A stretch of 64,000 bases of DNA from the human T2T-CHM13v2.0 reference genome, Homo sapiens. A program made the translations under genes and the position numbers. Position 1 is the stretch's first letter, and the number at the start of each line of letters is the position of its first letter. Under the pieces are notes generated by a model. That model saw nothing but the letters and a program-made list of their open reading frames with translations, ran no database searches and was not told the origin of the DNA. The DNA lies in assembly GCF_009914755.1 (NCBI RefSeq), contig NC_060937.1. One strand, given 5' to 3'. Positions 1 through 19,929 of the stretch are shown here, in pieces.

Positions 1-1352
<1,352 letters not shown>

Positions 1353-1479
1353 GTAAGTTCAGAAGCAATACTGTGCAAGAAGTGGAGAAAAAGGGTACAG
1401 TGGTACAAAGGGATACTAGAATTTTTTAAAACTCTGTATAGTTTGCATTTTTAAGTCATACAAAAATGCTTTCTGTTTA

Positions 1480-2089
<610 letters not shown>

Positions 2090-2189
2090 GCTCTGTGTGT
2101 ATATGTAAACTGGATGAGGTCTAGACTCAGAGAATTATAAGGTGCCTGTGCTCCTGCATGAAAGTCCTGGGTGACATTGAAGACACCTA

Positions 2190-2312
2190 AATGATAGCCG
2201 GCATCCCTGGCGCCACTCACTAAATGCCCTTCGACTACTGACAACAGAAATGCCTCGGTATGTTTCCAAAATGCTCCCGGGAGATGCCACCACCTCTGTT
2301 GAGAAGACTGAC
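2190..2312. mobile_element. MER20-like hAT DNA transposon fragment
   Basis: tgacaacagaaatgcctcgg...caaaatgctcccgggag...cctctgttgagaagactg resembles the recalled MER20 end. Confidence 0.45.
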
Positions 2313-2634
2313 ATCCGAGGGTGGAGAATCACTACTGCGAGAAGGAAAACAAAAGGTGTGTCCTTGAATGTGCTGCCGGAGCGTCCAGTGTCTCATAGGG
2401 CCCCAAGTGTGGGACCCACCAAAGAGAAAGTGATAGGATATCTATGAGTCGATCTCGTCAATGTCCCCACCTTGAAAAGTACAATCCAATGTTGGAACCA
2501 CTTCCCACCCACCTTCCTCTTCTTTCTCCTCAGCTAGGAAAAGAGGGTGGCGCAGGTCAGTGAGCCCAGGCCAACAGCACGCTCATCTCATCCCAGACAG
2601 CTTAGACTTGGCTGCTCACAGCACCATCCACTCC

Positions 2635-2772
2635 AGTGGCAGCAGCATTACCCAGACATGTTTTAGAACCACGGAATATCAGGCTCTGCCCCAGACTCAC
2701 TGCATTGGAATCTGTCTTTGCACAACATCTCCTGGTGATTCTGTGCACGTGGAGCGTGAGAAGCACTGCCTT
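2635..2772. mobile_element. MER5-like hAT DNA transposon fragment
   Basis: cagcagcattaccc...ggctctgccccagactcactgcattggaatctg...cctggtgattctgtgcac...tgagaagcactg resembles MER5A/B. Confidence 0.5.
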
Positions 2773-3659
2773 AGAAGAGTCAAATGAGGAGCTACCTTCC
2801 TCCTGTGGCAGATGGAGTGAACCCTGATCATCGTTGCTCAAGACGTCCCAGCAGTTAACAAACAGGACACTCTGTTGCATCCCACATCTGGTGGGTTCTC
2901 CCTGATAACAAGGCTGAGCGAAGTTCCATCCCACATGGAACCGCCAGGTGTGGTTCTGCATGCATTCTGGCCACTCGCAGCTGGGGCGTCGTCAGGGGCG
3001 TGCTGCTTACGTGAACACGGATGTGCTCCCCACCCTGTACATCCTTGGCCTGCAGGAACTTGGTGAACCTGCATCGTTGGCAGAGCTGCGTGTGCACCAC
3101 CTCCCTCCAGGTTGGGCTGGGTTGCAGGCTGCTCCCTTTCCCTGCACGGGGCCGTGCTCTGCGCTCAGCGCTTCTCCTGGAAGCCTCGCCAAGCCTGCCT
3201 CTGCTGCAGCAGGTGCTTTTCTGGTGGCTTCTGCATCACAGGCTTCCCCTGTGATTCTCCTCCAGTGTCTACTGCTGAGTTAAGAGAAGAAATGTTTCTC
3301 AATTCTTTCTTCCCAGGTTTAATGTTTCTTCCTGATGTTTGCAGTTTACCAGCTGCCCTGGTCAGATGAAGCAAGTATCACGGCACTAATAAAAGGGTTG
3401 TGCTTTATCCTTAAAAATATAATTACAAGTCCCACATATTTTCTTTTTCAGCCTTTACCAAGTAAGTAAGCTTTCCCCGTATGCCCACCATTCGATGCTC
3501 CAGTTCTTCCCTAGTGGCAGATGTAACCCAGGTATCATCTGTGGTCTCCCTGCCCTTTGAAATTGCTGAGAAAACTGGGCTCAACCCCCTTTCTATCTTG
3601 CTGTTTCCTTCTCCAGATTCAGAAAAACTCTGACAGCTGAGTAAAGCAAGGCAGCTTGT

Positions 3660-5075
3660 GTATGTGGGTGCGAGAGGAAGCGTGTGAGTGAATGCAGGCC
3701 TGTGTGCAAGTGCACTCATGAGTGTGTGTGTAAGGATGTGTGTGTCCGTGTGTGTGTAAGGGTGTGTGTGTAAGGATGTGTGTGTCCATGTGTGTGTAAG
3801 GATGTGTGTGTCCGTGTGCATAAGGATGTGTGTGTCCATTGTGAGTGTGTGGGAGTGCGTAAGGATATGTGTGTCCATGTGAGTGTGCGGGAGTGTGTAA
3901 GGATGTGTGTGCATGTGTGAGTGTGCGGGAGTGTGTAAGAATGTGTGTCCATGTGAGTGTGTGGGAGTGTAAGGATGTGTGTGTCCATGTGTGAGTGTGT
4001 GGGAGGCATAAGGATATGTGTGTCCCTGTTTGAGTGTCTGGGAGTGCATAAGGATGTGTGTGTCCATGTGAGTGTGTGGGAGTGTGTAAGGCTGTGTGTG
4101 TCCATGTGTGTGTGTGGGAGTGTGTAAGGATGTGTGTGCCTGTGTGTGGGAGTGTGTAAGGATGTGTGTGTCTATGTGTGAGTCTGGGAGTGTGTAAGGC
4201 TGTGTGTGTCCATGTGTGAGTGTGCGGGAGTGCGTAAGGATGTGTGTGTCCATGTGTGAGTGTGCGGGAGTGTGTAAGGATGTGTGTGTCCATGTGTGAG
4301 TGTGCGGGAGTGCGTAAGGATGTGTATGTCCGTGTGTGTGTGGGAGTGCATAAGAATGTGTGTGTGTCCATGTGTGAGTGTGCAGGAGTGCATAAGGCTG
4401 TGTGTGTTTCCATGTGTGGGTGTGCGGGAGTGTGTAAAGATGTGTGTGTCCGTGTGTGTGGGAGTGTAAGGATGTGTGTGTCCATGTGTGAGTGTGTGGG
4501 AGTGCATAAGGATATGTGTGTCCCTGTGTGTCTGGGAGTGCATAAAGATGTGTGTGTCCATGTGAGTGTGTGGGAGTGTGTAAGGATGTGTGTCCGTGTG
4601 TGTGGGAATAAGGATGTGTGTGCAGGAGTGTGTAAGGATGTCTGTGTCCATGTGTGAGTGTGTGGGAGTAAGGATATGTGTGTGTCCATGTGTGAGTGTG
4701 CGGGAGTGCATAAGGATGTGTATGTCCATGTGTGAGTGTGCGGGAGTGCATAAGGATGTGTATGTCCATGTGTGAGTGTGCGGGAGTGCATAAGGATGTG
4801 TATGTCCGTGTGTGTGTGTGGGAGTGCATAAGGATGTGTGTGTGTCCACGTGTGAGTGTGCAGGAGTGCATAAGGCTGTGTGTGTGTCCATGTGTGGGTT
4901 TGTGGGAGTGTATAAGGATGTGTGTGTCCGTGTGAGTGTGTGGGAGCACGTGAGGATGTGTGTGTCCGTGTGTGAGTGTGTGGGAGCACGTGAGGATGTC
5001 TGTGTCCGTGTGTGTGTAAGGATGTGTCTGTGTCTATGTGTGAGTGTGTGGGAGTGCATGAGGATGTGTGTATGT
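3660..5075. repeat. GT-rich minisatellite, ~40-bp unit, about 35 degenerate copies
   Basis: Unit gggagtgcataaggatgtgtatgtccatgtgtgagtgtgc; exact 40-bp period at 4702-4781. Confidence 0.95.
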
Positions 5076-5289
5076 CCAGAGCTGTCCAGACCTCTGTTCT
5101 GGGGGGGAAAGTGCTGAGATCAGAAGCAAATCAAGCAGGATAGAGACACTAAGAGCAAAGGAAAGGAAAGCCCAGACCACAGTGAGGGAGAACAGAGGAG
5201 GCTCATCTCAGAAAGCACGAGGCCATCTTTTCATTCACTTTGTGGACACAACAGAAGTAACAGAAGATGGACCTCTCTGCCAGCAAGTT

Positions 5290-6140
5290 AGATAACTTAG
5301 GTAAAATGAGCCAGTTCCTAGAAAAACAGAAACTGCTAAAAGAGACTCAAAAAGAAATGAAAAATCAAGTAGACTAACAACAAACAGAGGTTTAATTAGT
5401 AATTAAAACTTTTCTGCAAAGAAAAGCCCAGGCCCACATGGCTTAACTTGTAAATTCTACCAAACACTTGAAGAAGAATACCAACCTTCACAAATTCTTT
5501 CAAAAAGAAAGAAAGAAAGAAAATAGAAGAGGAAGAAACACATTCTAACTCATCCAATGAGATCAGTATCATCCTAACACCAAAATCAGACTGACTTGTG
5601 ATCAAAGGAAGAGAAAACTACAGGCCAATATCCTCATTGAATATCAGTGCAAAATCCTCAAAAAAATACTGGCAAACCAAATCCAGCAACATCGAAAAGC
5701 ATTATACAACACAGCCGAGTGGGATTTATCTCAAGAATGCAAGGGCAGTTCAATACGCGAAAATCAACGTAACACAACACTTCCAAAGAGTACGGGACAA
5801 AAACCACGTAGTCATCTCAATAGGCACAGAAAGAGCATTTGAGAAAATCCAACACCCCTTCAGAATAAAGCGCCTAAAAAACTGGGAATAGAAGAGAACT
5901 TCCTCAGCCCCGCAAGGGGCATCTACAGACAAGCCACAGTTATAGACAAGAATCTGAACGCTTTCCCTGTAGCTCAGGAGCAGAAGGAGGAGGTCTGCTC
6001 TCCTGTTTCTATTTAATGTTGTAATGGAGGCTCTAGATAAAACAGTTAGTACAGAATAAGAAGAGAACGAAAGACAGAAAGAGAGAAAGAAAGGCAAGGT
6101 CTCCATGCTGGAAATGAAGAAATGAAATTATCTCTGTCTG
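5290..6140 (+). mobile_element. L1 ORF2 (RT region) fragment, degenerate
   Basis: Translates as ENYRPISSLNISAK...VVISIGTERAFEKIQHPF, cf. L1 ORF2p ENFRPISLMNIDAK...MIISIDAEKAFDKIQHPF. A-rich plus strand. Confidence 0.85.
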
Positions 6141-6273
6141 AAATTTCATGAGAACAGTGCAGACCGAGGCAGGGTGGGCGCAGTCGAAGTGGAGCAGGGT
6201 TGGCCAGGAGCTGATAATGATGGATGAACTTTTCCTCTAATTTTTTACATGCTTAAAATTTTATGCAACCTTT

Positions 6274-6587
<314 letters not shown>

Positions 6588-7525
6588 TTAATATTGGAAG
6601 ATGTTTTTAGAGGAGTAATACACATTATCAGAAAATTCAGAGATTTCTAAATCAAAAGAGAAACCATGCCACCTTTTCCTTGTTCTTTTTGAGGCAGGTT
6701 AGCCCCAGTTCATGATTGGGGTCTAAAGCTATTGGTAAATTTTACACAAATCAGAACCCATTAACTTTTCATTTAATCCAAGTCTATCACAAAACATCTA
6801 GTGAAATATTTACTGATTTTATTTTATTAATAGGGAAAAACCCAACAGTCCGCGCTCATAACAAACAGGTATGTAGAGATGTAAGTTGTTGCCACCGTTT
6901 TCCCTGTCATTCTTCCTTACGGAACATAAATAATTCACAAATCCAGTCCCTCTCCTCTTCCCCTAATTAACCTGTAATTAACCCAATGAATTCTTTAAGA
7001 ACTCGGTTCCGATGTCACTCTCCTGGGGATTGGCTTCCCAGCGCTTCCTGGCTGGGTCTCAAGCCTCTGCCACACGTAGGAGGCTCCGTCACTTTTCCCC
7101 AGCGTCTAACTCAGGGGGTTGCCGCAGGCTCCTTTGTAAGATCAGGGGCCACGGTGGGGCTCCCTCACCAGCCTGCATCGTCCTTACTCGGCCAAGGGCT
7201 GTGCCTGGCACACACAGGACAGGGGATGAGCCTGGCAGGGCTGAGTGAGAAGATGTGAGAAGGGACAGATGAAGAGACAAACGAACTCACATTGTTACTC
7301 GCCAATGCCTCACCCATCGTTATTGTACACCACACAATCTACAAAAAGGAAGTTTCCATGTTTTTCAGTATCTTCTCTATTCCTTTATAAAGTACATCAA
7401 ACTTAGCCATTTAAACTTATTTATTTGGTTTATGATCCCTCTGTTTTTAATCTTTTAATATTTCCATATACTCAATAGGATACTTCCCTTTGATCATTTT
7501 ATATTTTTATCCAAGTAAAATTCTA

Positions 7526-7806
7526 GGCCAGGCATGGTGGCTCACACCTGTAATCCCAGCACTTTGGGAGGCTGAGGCAGGCCAATTACCTGAGGTCAGG
7601 AGTTCGATACCAGCCTGACTAACATGGCGAAACCCCATCTCTATTAAAAATACAAAAATTAGCCAGGCGTGGTGGTGGGTTCCTGTAATCCCAACTACTC
7701 AGGAGGCTGAGGCAGGAGAATCTCTGGAACCCGAGACCGTGCCATTGCACTGCAGCTTGGGTGACAGAGTGAGACTCCGTGTCAAAAAAAAAAAAAAAAA
7801 AAAAAA
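7526..7806 (+). mobile_element. Alu with a small right-arm deletion
   Basis: Alu sequence; TSD aagtaaaattcta on both sides. Confidence 0.95.
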
Positions 7807-8603
7807 GTAAAATTCTACTTGGCCAGAACTATTATTAGGTTTTTTTTTAATGTCATGGTGTAATTAATTAATTTAATTGGCCCCTTCCAAAAGGAAGCTT
7901 ATTAAAACATTTAATAGAACCTTAAAGAAAATCCTCACTTGTTGTATTTATTTTGTTAAATTGGTTCGAGTTTAAGAAATCCTCATTGAAGCTTTACTTT
8001 CCTTACAGAATGTCAGTAAATTTACCAGGAAAAAACACTTGTACTGTCAGTATGTGAGTGAGCCCCAGAAGATGAGGATGCTGCATAATTAATGCCTCCA
8101 GCTCTTAACATATGCAGCCATCTGTGCTCTCCCCTACGCAGTCTGCTGGTTTGTTAATAATGTATTCACGTTTGTCTGCAGCCCATACGAGTTGTATGAC
8201 AGGAGAGATCAGAAAACACAATCCATTTCACGCAGTCTAAGTTACCGGTCGGGTGTGGAGAACAGGTCAGTTTATTATTAACTGTAGTTTCAGGTGAGAG
8301 TGACATGACTCAAAACAATGTGACCAAACTAAGAGAAGAACATGAAATCCACGCTCATACAGACAGTGCAGAGGCCAGCAGCCCAGGCTGGAAGTCCTGA
8401 GGATCCCAGCCTCCATCCAGCTCACCTTGCTTTGAAGACAGCGCCACCACTGTCCCAGCTCCCAGTGACATGAGAGTGGATGGGGTCACCCTGGCTCCTG
8501 CCTGGGTGCCCTTGTTCTACCCCGGCCTCTGCTGCATTTCTTGGGTAATTCACTCTCCTTCCAGGCTCCTGTCAGAGAAGGCCCTGGTGCTGTCATTGCC
8601 AAG

Positions 8604-8911
8604 TTTTTTCTTTTCTTTTTTTTTTTTTTGAGACAAGAGTCTCGCTCTGTCACCCAGGCTGGAGTGTAGTGGCACGATCTAGGCTCACTGCAACCTCCGC
8701 TTCATGGGTTCAAGCGATTCTCCTGCCTCAGCCTCCCAAGTAGCTGAGATTACAGGCACGCACCACCATGCCCAGCTCATTTTGTATTTTTAGTAGAGAC
8801 AGGGTTTCACCATGTTGGCCAGGCTGGTCTCGAACTCCTGACCTTAGGTGATCCACCCGCCTCGGCCTCCCAAAGTGCTGGGATCACAGGAGTGAGCCAC
8901 TGCACCCAGCC
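8604..8911 (-). mobile_element. Alu (AluS-like)
   Basis: Poly-T followed by a reverse-complement Alu body. Confidence 0.95.
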
Positions 8912-9630
8912 CCCTGAATGTAGTCTTAATAGATTAACAGTCCTCGTTCCCAGATCAGATAGGAGAGCAGCAAGACCGGGTCCAAGTTGCCCTGTGCTGT
9001 GAGGAGAAGCCATGATTGCTCCACTGAGGCTGAGAGACGACCTTGGAGTGGAGAGGGTTAGAGGGCAGGCCAAGGGTTGTCGGGTCACAGTAAGAAGTGA
9101 AGCTGGCACGATTCCAGTTGCCGTCAACTCCCTGCTGGGATGTAATCTGCATGCAGGTTGGAGTCATCAGAAACCAGAACATTCTCTGACAGAAAACAGG
9201 GAAACCACAGAGCACCCGTCTTGTTGACAGTGCTGTCCAGGGCTCGCTCCTGAAGAGGCTGTGAGATCCGGGGGTGCATGTGATCTTCTGGCTGGGGAGG
9301 TACCAAGGCCACAGACCCCGATACCTGTGCGGAACCATGTACTCCCCGCCCAGGCTTGGTGCGCTGGAGGGAATGAAAATAAAGAACCTCTTAAAATTTA
9401 GTTGGAGAAATAATAAAATATCATTTTCCATAGTCAAACAGAATAGGAAGAAATAATAGCAAATACTCCTCTGACACCGTTTCGAGAGCATTGTGTATAG
9501 GAATTCATGCAATCCCACCGTCATCCAGTGAGGCGAGGACTGTCATTGTCCCTGTTTCACAGACAAGGGGCCGCGGGCTCCTCTAGCTTTCCCATGCCTC
9601 ACAGCTGGTACATGCAAACCCAGGGCTTGA

Positions 9631-10122
<492 letters not shown>

Positions 10123-10957
10123 TAAGAGTCAGAGGGAATTAACTGAAAGGATACAGGAGCTCAAAGAATTGAAGGAGGCCAGAAAGCCAGGATTAGAAAT
10201 GGCTCCGAAAATTACCAAGAGAGGTGGAGGGGCCGGAGCTGCAGGCAAGTCTGGCTGTCTGAGCTGCAATCATTCCTTTGGGTCCCTGGTCCAAGAATAA
10301 CATCCGTGCGCTTTGGTCTAACACCACGCACTGGCTGTCCCAGGGAACAGAAAGAGGAGCCTCTCTCCTCACATTCCTTGTAGTCGAAGACCATACTTTG
10401 CCCGTTCCACACCAAATGGTCCCCTCCCGTATCAGGTGCCGAAGAAGGGGTGCGTGAGGGAGAGCCGCTCACCTGAAGCAGTAAGGGGCGAGTGGCTGTT
10501 GGAACGATCCTCCATCTGAGGCCATGCACAGTGGCACCTCCAGGAGGGAGAGCAAGGCTTTAGAGGCAGGCACGGGTGCCTGCTGGGAAAAATGGAAGCC
10601 CAGAAACCATCCCACATCCCCCAGCAGGCCCCACCAAGAGGAGGAAGCTGAGTCCAGCCTCCACAGGCAGAGGGAACGTGATACACAGTTGACGTGTCAG
10701 GGGAGCAGCTGGGGTGAACAGGGAGGGCATGGAAGACACCAAGAGACGTGTCCCAGTGCCCCACAGCCTGGGGGGCTCACACCTGCAACAGGGATGACTG
10801 TCAGGGTGGGGCTTTGCAAAAAACGGTGGCAACGTGAACGTCCCTCCACCAAAGGAATTCACAAAAGCAGTGCAAGAGGCCATCATAGCATCAGAGAATT
10901 ACAGTTCTAGCCCTCTCTCTAGCAGAGAAGGCCACACCATGTGCCACAGGATACCTG

Positions 10958-12190
<1,233 letters not shown>

Positions 12191-14417
12191 AGTCCCAGAG
12201 ACAGAAGCGGCTCAGGAATGAGGGGAGCACGGCAGCACTGAGTCTACAGGGTGGGTGCGGTTTGCCCAGCACGGAAGGAAGATGTTCCAGGGGGATGAGA
12301 CAGCAATGCTGAGAAAGGAAGGAAATCTGGGTAAATATGTAGAGGTTGGCCACATTATGATAGACTGTGACGACCAGTTGGAGAATTTTGTATTTCATGC
12401 TATAAAAAGCAACCAAATCTAGTTAATATACGCTAAGTTGGGTAATAGGATCAGATTCTTTACAGTAAAGCTTACAAAAGTAAAATTATTTTATAATTGT
12501 ATTATAGCAAACAACAGGGTTTAAAAATGGTCCCTTAAAAATGAGCCTTAAAAATAAGCAGCCACTTAATACTCATTTGGGCCTGAAAGCCACAAAGCTA
12601 TTGACATTTTCTTTCTGCTGAGGAAGTCTTGGTGGTATCGATTCTCATACAGCAGAGATCAAGACAAACATCTTGTACCTCCTCTTCCCCACCTGCCTCT
12701 AAAGCAAACGCTGATCTGATGACATTGTCATGAGGCCTGCTCACCCTCAGCAGCTTCCTAGTGTGTCCTGGGTGTGGGCATCCAGTGCCAATAAATGGAG
12801 GAAAATGGGCAGACAGGGAGAGGTGGGAGCAGGTGGGAGGAAAGGAAGGGGGGAGGGAGGGAGGCGGAGAAAGGCAAGCTTAAGGGAAAGGTGGGGCATC
12901 CTGTCATGCTAGGGTTCACGGAGTGGCAAGAGGTTCCCAGCCCTGCCCGCCGCTGACCCCGGCTCACATGGCCTCACCAGCCTCGCATCAGTCATGGTTC
13001 CAAGTCCTCAGGAATAACAACAACAACAAGAGTTAATTTTTTTTATTTTTCCATTGTAATTTATATGGAATTCTGAACAATGGAAAATCAGAGCCCAAAC
13101 AGGTGACAAAGAAGTTCATTAAGAGCCTTGCGAAACTGAGAGCACATCCAGAATCCCTCTCGCACTTATATCTGTGAAAGACACGACCTCTGGCCAGTCT
13201 CCCACAGACACTCCCCATTCCCTATCACGCAATGTGATGTACTCACTGCGACCGCAGGCCTGCTCCTGCTTCCCATCACTTCACCCGTCCTGTTCAGCAG
13301 ATGCTCCCCTTGAAGAGCTGGAAAAAATTGGTGTTTAGGAAAGGCCTTGAAGATAGAAATGAATGCAAATGCTGTTATTATTATTAATAATATTTCAAAG
13401 TGGGCACACGGAACTCGATGACATTTTAATTGTTTGATTTTATTGGACAGGAGGCAAAAGACTTTTTATTTTTATCTTCAAAGTCTAAAGGCGCGTCAGG
13501 TGCACAGACTGCAGTAGGGTTTGCTCTGGGTGTTGGGTTCTGGCTGACGATGTTTGCTCAAAAGCTCATTTCTTACAGCTTCTGAAAGTAGATTGAAGAA
13601 AGCGCTCCCCACCGTAGCCTCCGTGGTGCAGAGATTCTCCAGGCATTTGCTTGTCATGTGAGATGTTACACTAACCCAAGCACTATAATTTTACTACCTC
13701 CTGCTAAGCTAGTCCAGAGATTGATCATTTCTATCCAGAACTGGCAAGCCTCCCTTCCTTTATATTTCAGATTGAAGAACAGGAGAAAAAACTTTCAGAA
13801 AATGATTTATAGTGGAAAGGTACTGGTTTAAACTTAACCTACTTGCTATTTGAAACAAGTTCTTTTAATTAAAGTGAAATTCTCTGTGTAAAACATCATT
13901 TTAAGAAATTTTCATAATGCATTTTGCTTTTTTAAAGTCTTGTATTTAGTAAAATGCAAAAAGTCTAGTCCTTCTGAAGACTCCCTCATAACATCTCCTC
14001 ACACACCCACTTGCACTCACACCTCCAATCCAAAGGTTCATGGGGATACTTTGTTATCTAATTTTGTTGTCAATGTGATTCATAGGTTTTTGGTTTTGCT
14101 ATCTAGTTGTTCTGTTTTAATTTTGGGATTTAGAAAGATTAAACACTATGCCACCACCACGTTTCACTTTGAACATTTTGAAGACAAATATTTCCTACCT
14201 GTGACTAACATATCCAGCCAAATTATCCATCACTATAAGGTCAGAAAAATATTTTAACTGCTGATGTTTCATGCACCCTTTCCCAGGAAGCTACTAGAGA
14301 ATACAGTCCACTAAATTAAACCGATAAATCAAGGAGGAAGAAAAAATCATGGAATGCAGAAAATAAGGGCTTATGAGAGAAGTGGAGGGAATTCCTGATA
14401 CCTGTGAAGTGTAGCCA

Positions 14418-14806
14418 GAGTATAGAAGTATGCAGCAAGTTTAGAAACTCACCGTCGATTGCAGCAGGATGCCAAAGGGTGGCAGGAGGGATGTCTCCAG
14501 AAAAAAATAGAATGGCACTGACAAATACGAGTGTATGGCTGTGACCGGAGTATAGAAGTATGCAGCAAGTTTAGAAAGTCACCGTCAATTGCAGCAGGAT
14601 GCCAAAGGGTGACAGGAGGGATGTCTCCAGAAAAAAATAGAATGGCACTGACAAATACGAGTGTATGGCTGTGACCGGAGTATAGAAGTATGCAGCAAGT
14701 TTAGAAAGTCACCGTCAGATTGCAGCAGGATGTCAAAGGGTGACAGGAGGGATGTCTGCAGAAAAAAAATAGAATGGCACTGACAAATACGAGCGTATGG
14801 CCGTGA
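14418..14806. repeat. Tandem triplication, 130-bp unit
   Basis: gagtatagaagtatgcagcaagtttagaaa... starts at 14418, 14548 and 14678 with few substitutions. Confidence 0.95.
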
Positions 14807-14810
14807 ACTA

Positions 14811-15179
<369 letters not shown>

Positions 15180-15601
15180 TTATCTTCAAGGAAAAAAGGT
15201 GGTATAAGAAAGAAGATGCAGTGAAAATGCATGAACAACACAGGGGCAGCGTGTAGCACATGCACGGACATGCAGCTATGAGAATGTAATCTTGTTACCA
15301 TCACAGGCAGAGATTGAATGGAGACCGGTGTGGCCTCTGTGGGGACACGTGCAGTAGAGAGAGGTAGAGGTAGGAGCACGAATGAGCTAAATATTTATCT
15401 TCCTATGTAACTGGTGCTGTTGAAATTTTCAAAATCATGCTATAAGCACATAATTTGGAAATATGGACACAATAAAGGTAGAAGAGCAAAGAGCTATGAG
15501 TGATTGTCTCTGCAGGGGGCTCTGGAGTAGGTGATGACAAGGACATCGGGTTATTCTTACAGGCCGGGTAGCACCATTTTCTTTTAAAACTATGCAAATG
15601 C

Positions 15602-17160
<1,559 letters not shown>

Positions 17161-17423
17161 TAAAGTTTTTACAAAGTTTCATTGTAATACAGAAAATAAA
17201 CTCTTGGTGTACCCTTGTAGAATTACACAGAAGAAAACCAACCATTCGATGCCTTTCTTCTTCCATTCCCAATCAGAAGGTTGTTTCTGACCCATTGAAA
17301 TATTACCTACAAAGAAGACGGGAGCCTCCTGCAGCAGCCTCTAGTGATCTGAGAGCTGAACCAAGGTTTGAGGCCCATCTCCAGGTGGTCCTGAATATCC
17401 GTGCATCCTGGGATCTTGTTAGG

Positions 17424-17682
17424 ATGAACTCACCAGAGGCGAGGCTCTGCGTTGCTCAATGCAGAGACTCTTACCCAGGGTGTCAGCCTCTGAAAGATAC
17501 ACGTGCCTGGGCCTCTTCCCTGAAGATGGACCCGGCAGGTCTGGAGGGAGGCCCCCGTGATGAATCCCGTGATGAGCCGCCGATCCGAGCTCAGGCTGCG
17601 TCATGGGACCAGCCACAAGGTTGCCTGACCTATAAAGGTCGCAGGAGTGCCTCAGGGACACAGAAGCAGTTACAGCTGCCAG
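17424..17682 (+). CDS. ATP11AUN: ATP11AUN (C13orf35) putative 121-aa ORF, coding exon A (86 codons + 1 nt)
   Basis: ATG 17424 gives [86 protein letters not shown], then donor CAG|GTAGGG at 17683. Matches the recalled C13orf35 predicted protein; whether it is translated is uncertain. Confidence 0.8.
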
Positions 17683-19357
17683 GTAGGGGCTGGGGAGGGC
17701 TCCGAGCTGTGGCTGCAATTTGAAAACTGTGCGGAACCTCAGCAGGGGTGTGAGCTATCAGGAACCTGCCGCTGGACTACAGCGACCAGGAGAATACGGG
17801 TTCTGTGCATCCGATGTGGGGGACCAAGCAGAAAGGAAAAACCCTTGCTGAGCAGACTGTGCATTGGGCAGCCTGCCGGCCACTTTATACAGATTCTGTC
17901 ATTCAGCTGGGGTCTCTCTGCTCCCTGATACTAACCACACCCACCAGACCATCTTCCCTCCAGCTGGGGAAACGTGCCACAGAGCCCTTTACCTTCCAGA
18001 GCCTCGGCCCATCTGGCTCTCCTCATCACCCTGGGCCAGGCCCATCACTCCTGTTTCATGCTTGAAGGCAGTGAGGTGGGTGCCGGGCTCCCCTCTCCCA
18101 CAGGGTGCCAGCGTCTCAGGTGGGACCAAGCCCAAGCCCGTTTGTCCTCGGTCCATGCACTTCTCAGCCCAGCCCTGCCTCTCAACACCTTCCACTGGAT
18201 GGAGAGCCGCCGCAGTGCTTAATAAAGGGCAAGGGCGGAGACGCGTGGAAGGGGAGGACTCTCCCGGACCTGCTTAAACCTCTCTCCGTTTTTCCCAGAC
18301 TGATGCTGCCAAGTGTGGAGGAACAGCAGGGGTGGGCGATGCCCTCCTCCCCTCCTGCATCTGCCCTGCTCACTGCAGCAAAGGGTGGGCGGGCCAGGGT
18401 CACAGGAGAGGTACCCTGGAGGCAAGACCAGTGCTCGTGGGCATGAGGAGTCATTGAGTGGTGGGGAAATGCAGGGCCCTGGGACCCAGGCCGGGAGCCA
18501 CTGCCATCCTGCTTTCCACATCCACAGGAGGGCAGCAGGGCAGGAGAGTGTCCCGCCCTGGACCTGAAGGAAGAGATGGACCTGGGCCAGGGCCTTCTGT
18601 GGACAAGGTGGGGAAAGCCAGGGAGACCCAGCAGGACGGGTGAGAGGAGTGCGCTTGGGGAAGGTGGCCCCTAGTGCCCGGCCTCAGGCAAAGTCTTTCT
18701 CTGTGGATCCAAGAAGTAGGTGGCATGATTGTGCCCAGTTTACAGACAGGCAAGCAGGGGCCTCGGCAGGCTGAGGCATTGCTGCAGGATGCAATGGGCC
18801 CTCCCCTGACTGCACAGCTGATGTTCTCAATTCCCTCTTGTTCCATCTTAGCAAGATGGGCCTTGGAGGGAAGTGGGGGAGTGAGGGAGAAGCAGGTGTG
18901 TGCCAGAGACCAACAACACCCACTGTGGGTCCCAGCCGTCCTGAGGTGGGTCAGCCCAGCGGACCGCAGGGACCGGGCTGGGAATGGCCGTGATTAGGGG
19001 ACAGGTGATCCAGCCACAAGCCTGTGGTGGCCTTGGGATCCAGCTGGCCCAGGGGTGATTCCTGCCTTCACTGTCTTCAAGCAGTGGGATTTTGGACTTA
19101 GGTTTCCTCATCAGAAAAACCGGAGCAGTGGAGCCCACCACTCGTGTTGCCATCCTTTTACAGAAGTGCACAAAGGTGGGTGTGAGATTCCTGGCACATG
19201 GCCAGGTCTCCAGCGCCAGCTTCCATCTCCTCCTTAAAGTTATCCAAGCTGAAGCATGTACCGGTGCAGCCTGTATCACGACATTCAACGTGGCGAGGTT
19301 GTGGGCTGCCAACACAACTACGGTGGCATCAGAGTTTTTCTTCACGTGTGTTACTAA

Positions 19358-19686
<329 letters not shown>

Positions 19687-19687
19687 G

Positions 19688-19929
19688 TTTTTTTTTTTTT
19701 TTTTGAGACAGAGTCTCACTCTGTCGTCCAGGCTGGAGTGCAGTGGGGTGATCTTGGCTCACTGCAACCTCTGCCTCTCAGGTTCAAAGCGATTCTCATG
19801 CCTCAGCCTCCTGAGTAGCTGGGATTACAGGCACATGCCACCACACCCGGCTAAAAATATATATATATATGTACTTTTAGTATAGATGGGGTTTCACTAT
19901 GTTGATCAGGCTGGTCTTGAACTCCTGAC
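19688..19929 (-). mobile_element. Alu, 5'-truncated, middle linker converted to (TA)n
   Basis: Poly-T, Alu right arm, aaaaatatatatatatatgtac, and a partial left arm ending at actcctgac. Confidence 0.9.

Noticed and set aside
3423-5117. His/Thr-rich ORFs of up to 508 aa and Cys/Val-rich ORFs on the opposite strand
   Set aside because: Explained by the 40-bp minisatellite lacking stop triplets; overlapping in all frames, no splice or domain support.
14418-14806. CRISPR-like appearance of regularly spaced repeats (also at 51.9 and 53.9 kb)
   Set aside because: Contiguous tandem units without unique spacers, no cas genes, and the DNA is clearly primate.
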